Source: a virus
Lineage: Duplodnaviria; Caudoviricetes
IMG/VR virus record: IMGVR_UViG_3300025322_000026
Coordinates: 1-54,461 of that record
Length of the DNA stretch: 54,461 nt
Reading direction: 5' to 3' (one strand)
Position numbers and translations under genes: made by a program. Numbering within the stretch: position 1 is the first letter of the stretch; each line of letters begins with the position of its first letter. Under the pieces are notes generated by a model, which saw only the letters and a program-made list of their open reading frames with translations, had not been told where the DNA came from and did no database searches. Positions 44,462-53,893 of this stretch are shown here, one piece after another.

Positions 44462-46666
44462 TTATTTCTTGACCGCGCGCTTCGTTGTGCGCGTCATCAT
44501 TCCAGCGATCTTATTATCTGCGCCTCGTCGGACGTAGCTCTCGGTTTCCTCCACGGTCTCGGGCAATAAGAGATCACCCGTAAGTTCAACGGTCACGGGC
44601 GTCTCAGGCAAATGCACCTGGACATCGGGAGCCTTCGGAGTCACATTAATGATCGGCGCCTGCATCTTCACGAATGCTTGGATCAATCCTTGGATCAAGG
44701 CCGCGATCTGAGGTAGCCCTGGGAAGTCAAACCGAACCTCGGGCGCTGGGACCTGTGGGACCGTCACGTTGACGATAGGCGCTTTCTGCTCCGGCATCGT
44801 GATGTTGACTACGGGCGGCCCCTCCTTGTTCATCGTTTCTACAGCCTCCTTCAGGAGCAGCAACGCTTGATTATCGTTCCTCTCGCGCGCCTGCTTGATC
44901 CCATCCTCAAGCTCCGTTCTGACATCTGCAATCGATCGCTCCAATTTCGCTAGATGCTTCACATCGCCCTCAAATGGATCTTCCTCTCGCCTGAAAGCCC
45001 TATTGATCCATCCGCGAACGCCCGTCTTGATCTGGAGATCCTCAACGGATGGCATCACGGGTTCGCCTGTTTGTTCCTGAGTCGGCGCCTGAAGCTGAGG
45101 CGGGACCGGCGCGGGAACCTTTGGCTTGCTGAAGCCCGCCGCGGTTCCCCCATAGATGGCCTCAAGCCGGTCCAGCGCGGCAAGGGCTCTATCTCCGGTA
45201 TCGCTGACCTCGCCCGAGCCGACCATCCCCATGATCTCCAGCCTACGCCCTCGGATGGCGCTCAGGACCTCGCCCGCATTGTTCGCCTCAAAGTCCAAGA
45301 TGTTCTCAATCCCCAGATCCAAGAGGTCGGCGAACTCTTCGCTGCCGAAGAGAGACAGGACATCGCTCCCGTCCTCAAGCCGACCATCTCCGAGTTCCAT
45401 CCGCTCAAACTGAACACGGGTGATGTCGCCGTCCTGAAGCATATCTTCCCGAATGGTTCGCTCGTCCAACAGCCCAGCATCCGATAGGGCCACCTGATAT
45501 TCGCTCCGTGTCTTGCGGATCTCGGCAACTTGCCGATCCTGCTCATCATCCTGGAAGTCGAACACCAGCTTCAGATGTGGCGGGAGATACTTCGAATTGA
45601 AGAGACGCTCTGTCGCTTGAAGGATCTCGCCAGGTCCCTTGCCCCGCTGCTTGATGTGCGAGATCAGAGCTTCGGCCCGAGTCACTCCGGTCGTCATCGC
45701 GGGCCATAGTTCCCTAGGATCCATCCCAAAGGCCAACGCGATTGCCGCCATGCCGAGGGTTGTTGATTCCTCTTCGTCGAAGCCCTCGGGCATTGAGGAG
45801 AGATCCACTTCTTGGATCCCGGCCTCCGGTATATTAGCCGAACCGACTGCCACAGTCTTAGAATACCTCCGCAGATTTTGGTTGTTCATTGTATCGTCAG
45901 CGGCGAGGAAGGCAGTCCGAATATCCTCTGGATCGAGGCCGCCCTTCGTAATGATCATTTTGCGATGGGGTCGGCTTCCGGCTTTCTCCTGCTTGTAGAC
46001 CATCATGTCGAGGAGATTCTGGGCGACGTTGATACAGCGCGATATGGCACAGAAACCGATAGAGTGCATCTGCGCCGATCCACTGGGCATCTGCGAGGTA
46101 TATAGGACCCGTGTGTAATGGAGTTTGAAAACACCACCGACTGGATCGTGGTAGACCACCGGGAACTCGGGATCTGAGGTACGCCAACAGGCAGCGGAAT
46201 CGAGTTGGGCCACCCCGAATGGTCGGCCGAGGATCGGCCCATCCGGTTCCCCTTCCCCGATGACTTCAGCGAAGGCCCCATTATCTTGCGTTGTGAGGTC
46301 TTCGGTGAACTTCGAGTAGAAGCTATCCCAACCTTCGCCGAACTCCGAGTCCTCCAAAAGCGTCTCGGCGATCTGCTCGGCCTGCTTGACGTGGGATCGG
46401 ACGTTCATGTCTCGAGGTTCGATGTGGAAGGGGATCGTCTTGAGGCGGCTTTCCATAGTGTAAACCGCCCCCGATAGGTGGTCGATCTGCCGCCAGAACC
46501 GGCGGAGCTCACTGTCCCTCTTACGGCTCCACCAGGGAGAAACTATCCCCCCGGCCACGGGCCCGAGGAGCATGAGAAGCGAGAGGCCCGATGAACTATC
46601 GCCTCTTGCACGCGACTGAATAGATGCTTCCCGTGCCGTCTTTAGAACCTCGTTAGAATTGGGCAT
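44462..46666 (-). CDS. Portal protein with P(V/I)VNV-type C-terminal extension
   Basis: Directly after terL; DNGAFAEV, IALAFGMDP.EL, FDFQD. Confidence 0.82.
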   Translation of the reverse strand: MPNSNEVLKTAREASIQSRARGDSSSGLSLLMLLGPVAGGIVSPWWSRKRDSELRRFWRQIDHLSGAVYTMESRLKTIPFHIEPRDMNVRSHVKQAEQIAETLLEDSEFGEGWDSFYSKFTEDLTTQDNGAFAEVIGEGEPDGPILGRPFGVAQLDSAACWRTSDPEFPVVYHDPVGGVFKLHYTRVLYTSQMPSGSAQMHSIGFCAISRCINVAQNLLDMMVYKQEKAGSRPHRKMIITKGGLDPEDIRTAFLAADDTMNNQNLRRYSKTVAVGSANIPEAGIQEVDLSSMPEGFDEEESTTLGMAAIALAFGMDPRELWPAMTTGVTRAEALISHIKQRGKGPGEILQATERLFNSKYLPPHLKLVFDFQDDEQDRQVAEIRKTRSEYQVALSDAGLLDERTIREDMLQDGDITRVQFERMELGDGRLEDGSDVLSLFGSEEFADLLDLGIENILDFEANNAGEVLSAIRGRRLEIMGMVGSGEVSDTGDRALAALDRLEAIYGGTAAGFSKPKVPAPVPPQLQAPTQEQTGEPVMPSVEDLQIKTGVRGWINRAFRREEDPFEGDVKHLAKLERSIADVRTELEDGIKQARERNDNQALLLLKEAVETMNKEGPPVVNITMPEQKAPIVNVTVPQVPAPEVRFDFPGLPQIAALIQGLIQAFVKMQAPIINVTPKAPDVQVHLPETPVTVELTGDLLLPETVEETESYVRRGADNKIAGMMTRTTKRAVKK

Positions 46667-46758
46667 CTATAGCATCTCATGGTCCTCGCCTGTGGAGAAA
46701 ATTACCCCACCTTTACGGCGGCAATAGCAGGGTGATACGGAGGTGAACCTATCGCAGC

Positions 46759-46787
46759 CATTCTACACTCATTTAGCTCTAGCGCAA
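46759..46787 (-). promoter_or_regulatory. Candidate promoter for the portal operon
   Basis: TTGCGC-16 nt-TAGAAT; shares TGTAGAATG with 29608-29616. Confidence 0.5.
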
Positions 46788-46793
46788 AAGGGA

Positions 46794-48317
46794 TCAGCCT
46801 AAAGTGACGACTTTGGCCTTGGGAAGGGCGCAAAGAGTCGGGCCAGAGAGGACCATCATCACCGAATCGCCAGCATCCGTACTCCGCCCGATGCGTTTGC
46901 GGATCTCGCTCTTTTGTTCGACCTTGATCTTGGCGTTGCTTCGGGTCTCGTAGTGCGGGGCTGTGAGGTCGCCCGTCAGCTCATCATCCAGAGGAAGTGC
47001 CACATTGTCCCCCGAGTTCGGATCCAGCATCTCTCTTACGATCCACCAGCCAGCCGAGCGTTTGTCGGCAAAGCCATATTCCTTGGAGCTGTCCCGGTAC
47101 TCCGTTCTTTCCGCCGCGTTGAAGGCGATCACGCTCTCGTAGTCCTGCTCGTTGAGCCTGTGGACCACCCCGGCACCGATCCCAATGACATCCGCATAGG
47201 CATCCACTGAGAACCCGGCCGCCCGAGCACCATCAATCAGGCCCTTGACTTTGCCAGCCACCTCCATCGTGGCCGTCTTCGGGTTCAGCCGAGCGACCTT
47301 CTCAAGCCCACGGATCTTGACCCGATCAAATGCCTTGGCGATAACCGTTTTGTCTCCTGTCCCGCCTTGCCCCACGTCCACCCCTAGTCCTGTAGGCTCG
47401 CCTGGGAAGCCCTGTTCTGCCCATTCACGCCAACGGTCATTCGCTGCCTCAACCCAAGACAGCGGGATGATCCCCTCGTCCTCTTCGGAAGCGAACTCGG
47501 CCAGAACGCGGGTCTGGAACAGCGCGCTCCCCTCGCCCCATCCTCGCCGGCGCTCTTCAACCCACTCGGCCGAGACGGCTCCAGCCTTGATTGCATCTTC
47601 GACCTTGATGTGGAATGCATCCCAATTCTCGTATCCCGGCCGGCGCGTCTGGATCTCATAGAACCTCCCCGCTGGCGGACCCGGCGTGGAGATATTCAGT
47701 CCCATCGCATTCCCGCCCGCGAACGCGCCCTCTGTAGTGTCCCAAATATCATCGGGGATCGTTTTGGCTTCGTCATAGACAAAGAGGAGATGGTCGGCAT
47801 GAGCGCCTTCCACAGCCGCCGCGTCATTCGAAGCCAATGCGAATGCCTGGCCAGTTGACAGCTTCAGGGATAGATCAAGCAGTTCGCGACTGTCATCGAA
47901 CGGATCCCGACCAATCACATCCCACCGGATTCTTCTTGCCCACTTGTGAACCTCAGGCCACAGATAGCGGGAGAGTTGCCGCCAGTTCGAGGCGGTAGTC
48001 GGAACCTTCCAGTCGTCTCCATCTCGGGTGAGCGCGAACCAGAGGATCGCCCAGGAAGCCAGCGCGGTCTTGCCCGCATCATGGGTTGCCCGGACAGATT
48101 CTCGTCCTTTGATCAGGAGACGGGTGAGTGCCTCCTCCTGATAAGGATAAGGTCCTTTGCCCTCGTCCCAGACAATGCAGTCCTGAACGAAGCCCGCGGG
48201 GTCATTCCAGTAGGCGCGTTTGAACTCCTGATAGCGGGCACCACGCCATCCGCTACGTCGAGTGGCCTCGTTCCAGGCTTCAACGATCAATTGAGTTGCC
48301 GCTGGTTTACTGAGCAT
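46794..48317 (-). CDS. terL: Terminase large subunit
   Basis: Walker A-like HDAGKT, Walker B VYDEA, ISTP, nuclease GVDVG and RSTDAGDS. Confidence 0.95.
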   Translation of the reverse strand: MLSKPAATQLIVEAWNEATRRSGWRGARYQEFKRAYWNDPAGFVQDCIVWDEGKGPYPYQEEALTRLLIKGRESVRATHDAGKTALASWAILWFALTRDGDDWKVPTTASNWRQLSRYLWPEVHKWARRIRWDVIGRDPFDDSRELLDLSLKLSTGQAFALASNDAAAVEGAHADHLLFVYDEAKTIPDDIWDTTEGAFAGGNAMGLNISTPGPPAGRFYEIQTRRPGYENWDAFHIKVEDAIKAGAVSAEWVEERRRGWGEGSALFQTRVLAEFASEEDEGIIPLSWVEAANDRWREWAEQGFPGEPTGLGVDVGQGGTGDKTVIAKAFDRVKIRGLEKVARLNPKTATMEVAGKVKGLIDGARAAGFSVDAYADVIGIGAGVVHRLNEQDYESVIAFNAAERTEYRDSSKEYGFADKRSAGWWIVREMLDPNSGDNVALPLDDELTGDLTAPHYETRSNAKIKVEQKSEIRKRIGRSTDAGDSVMMVLSGPTLCALPKAKVVTLG

Positions 48318-48897
48318 CCCCGGATTGTAGTTGGATCATGTACTGAACGAGCTTCTCAAATAGCTCCCCAGGAGACATTGAAACTTCGCCCGACTTCTGG
48401 AGGGTCTCGATCTCTCGTTGCCAGTTGACGATGATCTCTTCCTTGAACAGTCCTTTGGCCTTTCCGAGCAATTCCAGCGCGCGCTGTCCATCATGGAGAT
48501 TCAGGGTCAGCGTTGTGTATTCGTACTGATCACCCTTCTGAGAATACCGGACAGTCGTTGTCGCCTTGATCTTCTTGATCAGGTGCCCTCTGCTTTTGAT
48601 CATCTCTGGATCAAAAGAGATCCTATCCCCGTCTGGACTGATGACGATGAAGTCGCCGATTGAAGCTGAAGCCTGTTCGGCCAGTCTGGCAATGATCTCG
48701 TCTAACGTGAAAGACCGCTTCCGAAACTCCTCATCAATTGCTTCCCTGATCTCAAGTTTTGTTAGGTTCTCGTGACCAATGGCCGCAGCCGTTTTCGATG
48801 AATAGCCAGCTCGGATTGCCGCCTGAGTAGCATTGAAGTCCCTCCCATATTCGAGGATGAAGGCCCGTTGCCTATCCGTCAGTTTCTTTTGTGCCAT
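48307..48897 (-). CDS. terS: Terminase small subunit
   Basis: LTDRQRAFILEY..DFNATQAAIRAGYS..A; ALELLGK. Confidence 0.95.
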   Translation of the reverse strand: MAQKKLTDRQRAFILEYGRDFNATQAAIRAGYSSKTAAAIGHENLTKLEIREAIDEEFRKRSFTLDEIIARLAEQASASIGDFIVISPDGDRISFDPEMIKSRGHLIKKIKATTTVRYSQKGDQYEYTTLTLNLHDGQRALELLGKAKGLFKEEIIVNWQREIETLQKSGEVSMSPGELFEKLVQYMIQLQSGDAQ

Positions 48898-48914
48898 ACC
48901 CGAATGATAGCACT

Positions 48915-48995
48915 AAACAACAAGGCCCCGAGGCGGGGGAAATCCTCGGGGCCGATCCACGGAGGCGGGTAGCGCATGGCCGTCGCTCTCCCGCA
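48915..48995 (-). ncRNA. Candidate ~80-nt small RNA
   Basis: Extended -10 TGCTATAAT (49001-49009), 5' hairpin, CCUCC linker, 10-bp terminator stem 48924-48953 plus UUGUUGUUU. Confidence 0.45.
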
Positions 48996-49018
48996 ACCTC
49001 ATTATAGCATTGGATCGG

Positions 49019-49237
49019 TCAATCACTTCTATCTTTGCGCCGGAGACTAGCCCGAAGATTACGCCAAGGAATGAGTCCAATGAGCCCATGGCCTTCCCAA
49101 TATACCGAAATCCTTCTATTTTCTTCGTAGTACCAAACATCCGGAGCAATATTGACGGGATGAAGGTTCAGACCATCATCACTGACTGCAACTTTGTTGT
49201 GTCCTTTGACGTGTAGGCCAACTTTGTTGTATGGCAT
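49019..49237 (-). CDS. Hypothetical protein
   Basis: GGAG RBS, colinear. Confidence 0.5.
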   Translation of the reverse strand: MPYNKVGLHVKGHNKVAVSDDGLNLHPVNIAPDVWYYEENRRISVYWEGHGLIGLIPWRNLRASLRRKDRSD

Positions 49238-49252
49238 TCCATTCTCCGGGTG

Positions 49253-49513
49253 TCAGAATCGGTCACTTAGAACCCAATCCCGAACACGCTCACTCCAGAT
49301 CGCCAAGATCCACAGCGGGATTAGCTTGAGCCGGATGCCGATAGGCACGCCGACAGGAACGACAAGACCCGCGATTAGAGCCCCACAGAACAAATAGAGG
49401 CCGATTAGCCATGGGATCACGTTTATTCCTACTGGGATAGAGACTAAGACAAGCATCCCGAATGGAATAGATATGCAGATAGTGAAACAGATCTTACTCG
49501 GGACCTCGGGCAT
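49253..49513 (-). CDS. Small membrane protein
   Basis: Hydrophobic; GGGAGG RBS. Confidence 0.6.
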   Translation of the reverse strand: MPEVPSKICFTICISIPFGMLVLVSIPVGINVIPWLIGLYLFCGALIAGLVVPVGVPIGIRLKLIPLWILAIWSERVRDWVLSDRF

Positions 49514-49515
49514 TT

Positions 49516-49884
49516 CTAGCCTCCCTTGGCCTTGGTATCCAAAAGAAACGCCAGATCAACCTTCGGCCTGAACCATTTGTCCTTGATGAAGTGACCAATG
49601 GCACGGACTTCCCCATTTGAGTGCTCGGCGCGGAGGGGCCTTCCTAGTAGATGTTCCCATTCGTCAACTTCCAGCGTTTCTAGGACGCGCCGAATGAATT
49701 CCGCCCCCCACGCTGTTCCGATTCGTTTCTTTAGAGACTCATCCCACTGGTCCAGCCCATATCCCCCGAAGCCTTGGCCACTTGATCCAAAGTCAAGATT
49801 CAGAAAACAGGTCAAGATACCGTGATCCTCAACGCCCAACATCGTTGATCTTATCTTGGCATTCTCAATGATGAACTCGGACAT
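49516..49884 (-). CDS. Phage hypothetical protein (ENAKI..LGVEDHG..QGFGGY)
   Basis: GGGAGG RBS before ATG 49884; flanked by a 14-bp direct repeat. Confidence 0.7.
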   Translation of the reverse strand: MSEFIIENAKIRSTMLGVEDHGILTCFLNLDFGSSGQGFGGYGLDQWDESLKKRIGTAWGAEFIRRVLETLEVDEWEHLLGRPLRAEHSNGEVRAIGHFIKDKWFRPKVDLAFLLDTKAKGG

Positions 49885-49886
49885 CT

Positions 49887-50276
49887 CTAGCCTCCCTTGA
49901 CTTCTCGGATCGAAACACTCGGCTGGCCGATTTTCTGGAAGTTCAATAACTCGGGGTGCGCCAGCGCGTAGCCCTCTAGGCCATCCGTGTTCCAAGTTAT
50001 CCTCGGCTTGGCCCAGATGGCATGGAGCTTCGATCCCTTGACTGAATGCTCCAACCCTAGAATCGCATCCTTGATCTCGGCCTCCAATTCTCCGGTGATC
50101 TCCGCGGACACCGAAAGCGGCCCATCGAACTCCGACTTGATCGCATCTAAGAGTGCTTGCACATCGGGCGGGATTGCCTCGGCCAACCGCAACACCTTCT
50201 CCCGCTCGATCTGCGCCCGATCCTCTCGGTAAACCGCCAACTGGTCTAGCTTCATGATGATCTCGTTTTCGTCCAT
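49887..50276 (-). CDS. Hypothetical helical protein, possibly Gam/Gp157-like
   Basis: Coiled-coil N-half, ITWNTDGL..PSVSI C-terminus; GAGGAGG RBS; function weakly supported. Confidence 0.55.
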   Translation of the reverse strand: MDENEIIMKLDQLAVYREDRAQIEREKVLRLAEAIPPDVQALLDAIKSEFDGPLSVSAEITGELEAEIKDAILGLEHSVKGSKLHAIWAKPRITWNTDGLEGYALAHPELLNFQKIGQPSVSIREVKGG

Positions 50277-50570
50277 TCAAACCTCCTCAACCATTTCGAT
50301 CTCCCGGTCAATCTCTGGCGTCGATGGCTCAATCAACTTGATGCCTATGATAGCAAGACCCCAGATCAACCAATGTAGGGCAAGCGGTATGAGGGACAAG
50401 AAAGTGATGACTATTCCCGCAAATACGAAAAACCATATCGGACCAGTATCGGGTCCGCCCACGAGTTTCTCCGCGATCACACCTGTCCTGTAGAAAATAT
50501 ATCCACTCACGGCCACGGGGATCAGCACGAGCAACGCAACTCCCAATGATCTCAGAACAAAACGGTTCAT
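50277..50570 (-). CDS. Membrane protein
   Basis: Two to three TM segments; GGAGG RBS. Confidence 0.6.
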   Translation of the reverse strand: MNRFVLRSLGVALLVLIPVAVSGYIFYRTGVIAEKLVGGPDTGPIWFFVFAGIVITFLSLIPLALHWLIWGLAIIGIKLIEPSTPEIDREIEMVEEV

Positions 50571-50586
50571 GCTCCGCCTCCAATGT

Positions 50587-50934
50587 TCAGTCATCGGGAA
50601 TATTGGGCGCGCCACAGTATTGGCACACAAATCCCATCCGACCTGATTTCCGTTTCTGAGGTCCAGTCTTGAATTGCCACTCTAGTGGGGTCATGAATCC
50701 CCACCAGCGCATGGGATACCTATCTCCCGGATCAATAATGTACCGAAATCTCCCAACGAATAGAACAGTGTCTTCCCCACATTCAGGGCAACTTCCCGGA
50801 TCCGATACTTCTTCTTCTTCTTCCCCATTGCTTACTGCCCAGTCGCAGGAAGCGCATTTTGTGATCTGATGCCATGGGGTCCACAGATCAACGCTTGGTA
50901 TGGTTTCTTTCTGGTCCGTGACTTTGGCCACCAT
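50587..50934 (-). CDS. Zn-ribbon protein
   Basis: CASC, CPECG, CQYCG; GGAGG RBS. Confidence 0.6.
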   Translation of the reverse strand: MVAKVTDQKETIPSVDLWTPWHQITKCASCDWAVSNGEEEEEVSDPGSCPECGEDTVLFVGRFRYIIDPGDRYPMRWWGFMTPLEWQFKTGPQKRKSGRMGFVCQYCGAPNIPDD

Positions 50935-50938
50935 TGCC

Positions 50939-50979
50939 TCCAATGTTCAATCGCTGAATGTGTTCCCGCTCAGCAGGAA
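50939..50979 (+). repeat. 41-bp double-palindrome repeat, copy 2
   Basis: TCCAATGTTCAATCGCTGAATGTGTTCCCGCTCAGCAGGAA; intergenic. Confidence 0.9.
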
Positions 50980-50988
50980 AGGCTCCAG

Positions 50989-51252
50989 TTACCAGTCCAA
51001 CGCAGGTGCAACAAGTCGAATCTTTCCGCAATCGTCGCACATTTCCTCGATCCGCAATACCTCCCGATGGCTGGTTCCTTTGCCGATCCAGATCTCTGGA
51101 AGCCGGCCGGTTCTTGCCCATCTGTGAATGCCAAGAAAACATCCACGGCCTGAGTTGTAGAGGATCGCCCAGATATACAACAGGACCGGAACCAGAACAA
51201 AAAGAATGAGGCCCCCTAAAACATTCAGGGGATTACCTGTTCCAAGGCACAC
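50989..51252 (-). CDS. TM plus C-x-GIHRW...CDDCG Zn-finger-like protein
   Basis: GGGAGG RBS before GTG 51252. Confidence 0.55.
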   Translation of the reverse strand: MCLGTGNPLNVLGGLILFVLVPVLLYIWAILYNSGRGCFLGIHRWARTGRLPEIWIGKGTSHREVLRIEEMCDDCGKIRLVAPALDW

Positions 51253-51281
51253 TTGCTTCCTCCCTTCTCTCTTGATTGCTC

Positions 51282-51605
51282 TCAGCCTTCGAGACTTCTG
51301 TCTTGACCCGCTCCCCCTGAATCGCTGGGAGCGAAACGCAATGCACTCCGATATGGACATGACCAATCGTGTGTTCCTGGCTTGTCTGCCGTGGCCTGAA
51401 CCTCATCGGAATCGGCTCGGTCGCAATCACAGAGCGCAGCCATGAGTAAGCCTCTATCTCGTTCTAACCGTTCGATGTAGTCACATGCCTCATCGAATGT
51501 TCCGCCAAGTCTAGTTACATAGTTACTTCCCGGAAATCCAGCCATCTCCTCGTATTGCCTCTTAGCCTTGGCCGCAATAGCGCGCCAGCGATCAAGATCG
51601 CTCAT
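51282..51605 (-). CDS. Hypothetical protein
   Basis: ATGA-coupled; GGGAGG RBS. Confidence 0.55.
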   Translation of the reverse strand: MSDLDRWRAIAAKAKRQYEEMAGFPGSNYVTRLGGTFDEACDYIERLERDRGLLMAALCDCDRADSDEVQATADKPGTHDWSCPYRSALRFAPSDSGGAGQDRSLEG

Positions 51606-51856
51606 TTGAACCTCCCTCTCTCTCCCCGGAATAACCGATGCAGCTTTGTAAACGGCTTCAACAGGCTTCGCCGATCTGCATCGCTCAGCACCGCGACCTC
51701 ACCATTGTTGAAACTCCGGTCCAAGTCCTCGACCTTCACCCGCCGATCCGAAAGGTTGTGCTGGTAAACGATCCAATCCGCCGCGTGCATCGGTTGAGGG
51801 TGGCTGTCCATCAGTAAACCGGAATCGACCCGACCGTTCTCTCGAGGTTGGATCAT
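51602..51856 (-). CDS. Hypothetical protein
   Basis: ATGA-coupled; GGGAGG RBS. Confidence 0.55.
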   Translation of the reverse strand: MIQPRENGRVDSGLLMDSHPQPMHAADWIVYQHNLSDRRVKVEDLDRSFNNGEVAVLSDADRRSLLKPFTKLHRLFRGERGRFK

Positions 51857-52137
51857 CGAGAACCTCCCAGCCAGCGCCCGATCCGTCTCGCCAACAGAGC
51901 CAGGCTGAGGATGATCGAGGCGAGTAGAACCTGCCTTCCGAATGGAATGTCAACCATCATCGCCGCGACAACGAGGCAGAACAGGATCAGCCCGCCAGCC
52001 AATACGGCGATAGTCTCTTTGACCATGACAATCACCCCGCGACCGAAGGCGAGCAGGATGTCGGCCACGGTCAGCCGCGCCTTCTTCCTGAAGGACCGGC
52101 GTAGACGCGGGATGTCAAGTCTTTCCGTTTGGGTCAT
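51853..52137 (-). CDS. Small membrane protein
   Basis: Two TM segments; GGGGAG RBS. Confidence 0.55.
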   Translation of the reverse strand: MTQTERLDIPRLRRSFRKKARLTVADILLAFGRGVIVMVKETIAVLAGGLILFCLVVAAMMVDIPFGRQVLLASIILSLALLARRIGRWLGGSR

Positions 52138-52292
52138 CGTCTCCCCTTCAGGGTCAGCCGCCTCCAGATATTGCGGCCCAACCACTTATTCCCGATCCTC
52201 CGCGCCATCCGCGAAGGCTTCCCGCTGGTCAGCGCACCTATGTCATTCGATAGCCGCGCCATCCGATACAACCACCGCGTCAGCCTAGCCAT
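52134..52292 (-). CDS. 52-aa basic peptide (MARLTRWLYRMARLSNDIGALTSGKPSRMARRIGNKWLGR...)
   Basis: Overlap-coupled at both ends (TGATG, ATGA); below the ORF-track cut-off. Confidence 0.6.
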   Translation of the reverse strand: MARLTRWLYRMARLSNDIGALTSGKPSRMARRIGNKWLGRNIWRRLTLKGRR

Positions 52293-52519
52293 CAGCGTAG
52301 CGTAAGCCAATGATGCATTTCCGCTTCAAGCGAACGGAATGCTACCGCGTGCTGAGGATTTGCTTCGCCCAATTCATGAACGAAGATCGCCGCGTCATCA
52401 ATCGCATGGTTATATACGTAGCGGATCTGTTCAAGTTCTGTCATCCCAGCCGAAGAATTCTTGAGCGCTAGGATGATATTGTTCGCTGACTTCTCAAAGT
52501 CAACAGTTGTGGTTTCCAT
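52292..52519 (-). CDS. Hypothetical protein
   Basis: GGAG RBS before ATG 52519. Confidence 0.55.
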   Translation of the reverse strand: METTTVDFEKSANNIILALKNSSAGMTELEQIRYVYNHAIDDAAIFVHELGEANPQHAVAFRSLEAEMHHWLTLR

Positions 52520-52609
52520 TCGGTCTCCAGTTCGCACTGGCCTACCATCTAGCCTCCCTGTAGCGCCTGAACGCGAGTCGGGCTGGTCACGAATAGGCAA
52601 GTGCGGTTC

Positions 52610-53857
52610 CTACAGCAATGGTTCCTGTCCGAGTTCCTTCATCCGCGCCGTAACGATCAGCGCGGCTTCCTGCCGAGATTCCTTCCGAGGCACAAACCCT
52701 GAGCCAGGACCTTCGGGCTCCTCCGAATCCAGCCATCGTTCGGTTGCAATGAGCTCTGGCCCGGTCAGATCCTTGCTGCTTGTCGTTCGGCCTTCGGTCA
52801 AGAACCCGATCACCGAATGGGCTTTGTCGTCCTGGTGTTCATCGCCCGGGAAGCATTCTCTCAACTGCCAGGCCATCTTCTGTCGGAGCGTGATCTTCCC
52901 GCGCATCTGTTCAGCCTCGGCTCCCGCGAATTTCACGACCGCGGCCTTCCACTTGTTGCGGACGGTCTCGGGCGGATGCGGGCGGGGCGTTCCCTTGGCT
53001 ACCGTTCCCTCGGGTAACTCACCCTCCATCCCGCCACCGAACAATGCTTCCGCGCCATCCTTCGCGATCTGATGCAGTTCTGCGCCATTCTTGACTTCGG
53101 GTTCGACCAGGAGCCATTCACCCTCGATGATGTAGTCATCGGTGTCACTCGATGCAGCCGCGTCTTCCTGCCCATATTCCTGCGGAGCCCATCGCTTGCG
53201 GAGCGCGGCGATAAATGCACGCTTCTGACATCGCTCCTCATGGGTCATCTTGTTCTGGCTCCTGTCGAGTGTCTTCATTTCTTCAATCGTCAGGATGCCC
53301 AGACCACCATCGCCAGGAGCATCGCCGAGTCTTTCCATGATCTGCGATGGCGATAGCCCGATGTCTTTCAGAGCTACGGCCGCCGATGTCCAGGTTGTCA
53401 TGGACAGATAATCTTCGACCTTGCAGTCAAAGGCCATGGCATCTTTCGGGATGCGCCGTCGCGCGCGCTCGGCCTCATCCTCAATCAATCGGTATCTCGG
53501 CGGGAAGAGATGTGTCCCATCGTTCTTCGCGTTCTTCTTCGCATTCTTGAGCGTCCCATCCCGACCGCGCATGATCGTCAGGATTCGCTTCTCCTTCCCG
53601 TCTTCGCCTCTCCTGATCTGAACCCATGACCACAGCTCCTGCGCTGGCGGGAACGGATCGAGTTTGGTTGCGATCGCCGCCTGAGCCGTCAGCATCGCCT
53701 CGGCTTCATTCAGCGGAACCTTCCGGTTATCTAGAGCCATGATCCTCGATGCGAATGCCCTCACGACCCGGCTTTCGCCAAAGCGAGCCAACGGATGAAC
53801 TTTGTCGGCTTCCTCACGGTAAAGCGCTACTGCTCTCTCATCGTTCATTTCGGCCAT
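52610..53857 (-). CDS. RecT/Redβ-like single-strand annealing protein
   Basis: KLDPF..QELW...IMRGRDG.LK.A and KRAFIAALRK match the Bet/RecT pattern; acidic linker. Confidence 0.65.
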   Translation of the reverse strand: MAEMNDERAVALYREEADKVHPLARFGESRVVRAFASRIMALDNRKVPLNEAEAMLTAQAAIATKLDPFPPAQELWSWVQIRRGEDGKEKRILTIMRGRDGTLKNAKKNAKNDGTHLFPPRYRLIEDEAERARRRIPKDAMAFDCKVEDYLSMTTWTSAAVALKDIGLSPSQIMERLGDAPGDGGLGILTIEEMKTLDRSQNKMTHEERCQKRAFIAALRKRWAPQEYGQEDAAASSDTDDYIIEGEWLLVEPEVKNGAELHQIAKDGAEALFGGGMEGELPEGTVAKGTPRPHPPETVRNKWKAAVVKFAGAEAEQMRGKITLRQKMAWQLRECFPGDEHQDDKAHSVIGFLTEGRTTSSKDLTGPELIATERWLDSEEPEGPGSGFVPRKESRQEAALIVTARMKELGQEPLL

Positions 53858-53873
53858 GTTAGGTCTCCTTGGT

Positions 53874-53890
53874 TTCCCGCTCGGCGGTAA
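53874..53890. promoter_or_regulatory. Stand-alone 17-bp palindrome (operator-like)
   Basis: TTCCCGCTCGGCGGTAA, 2 mismatches from TTCCCGCTNAGCGGGAA; just upstream of the RecT-like RBS. Confidence 0.6.
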
Positions 53891-53893
53891 CGA

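Noticed and set aside
49885-50280. N-terminal extension of the 254-aa ORF 49516-50280
   Set aside because: Overlaps the better-supported 49887-50276 gene; the RBS supports ATG 49884.
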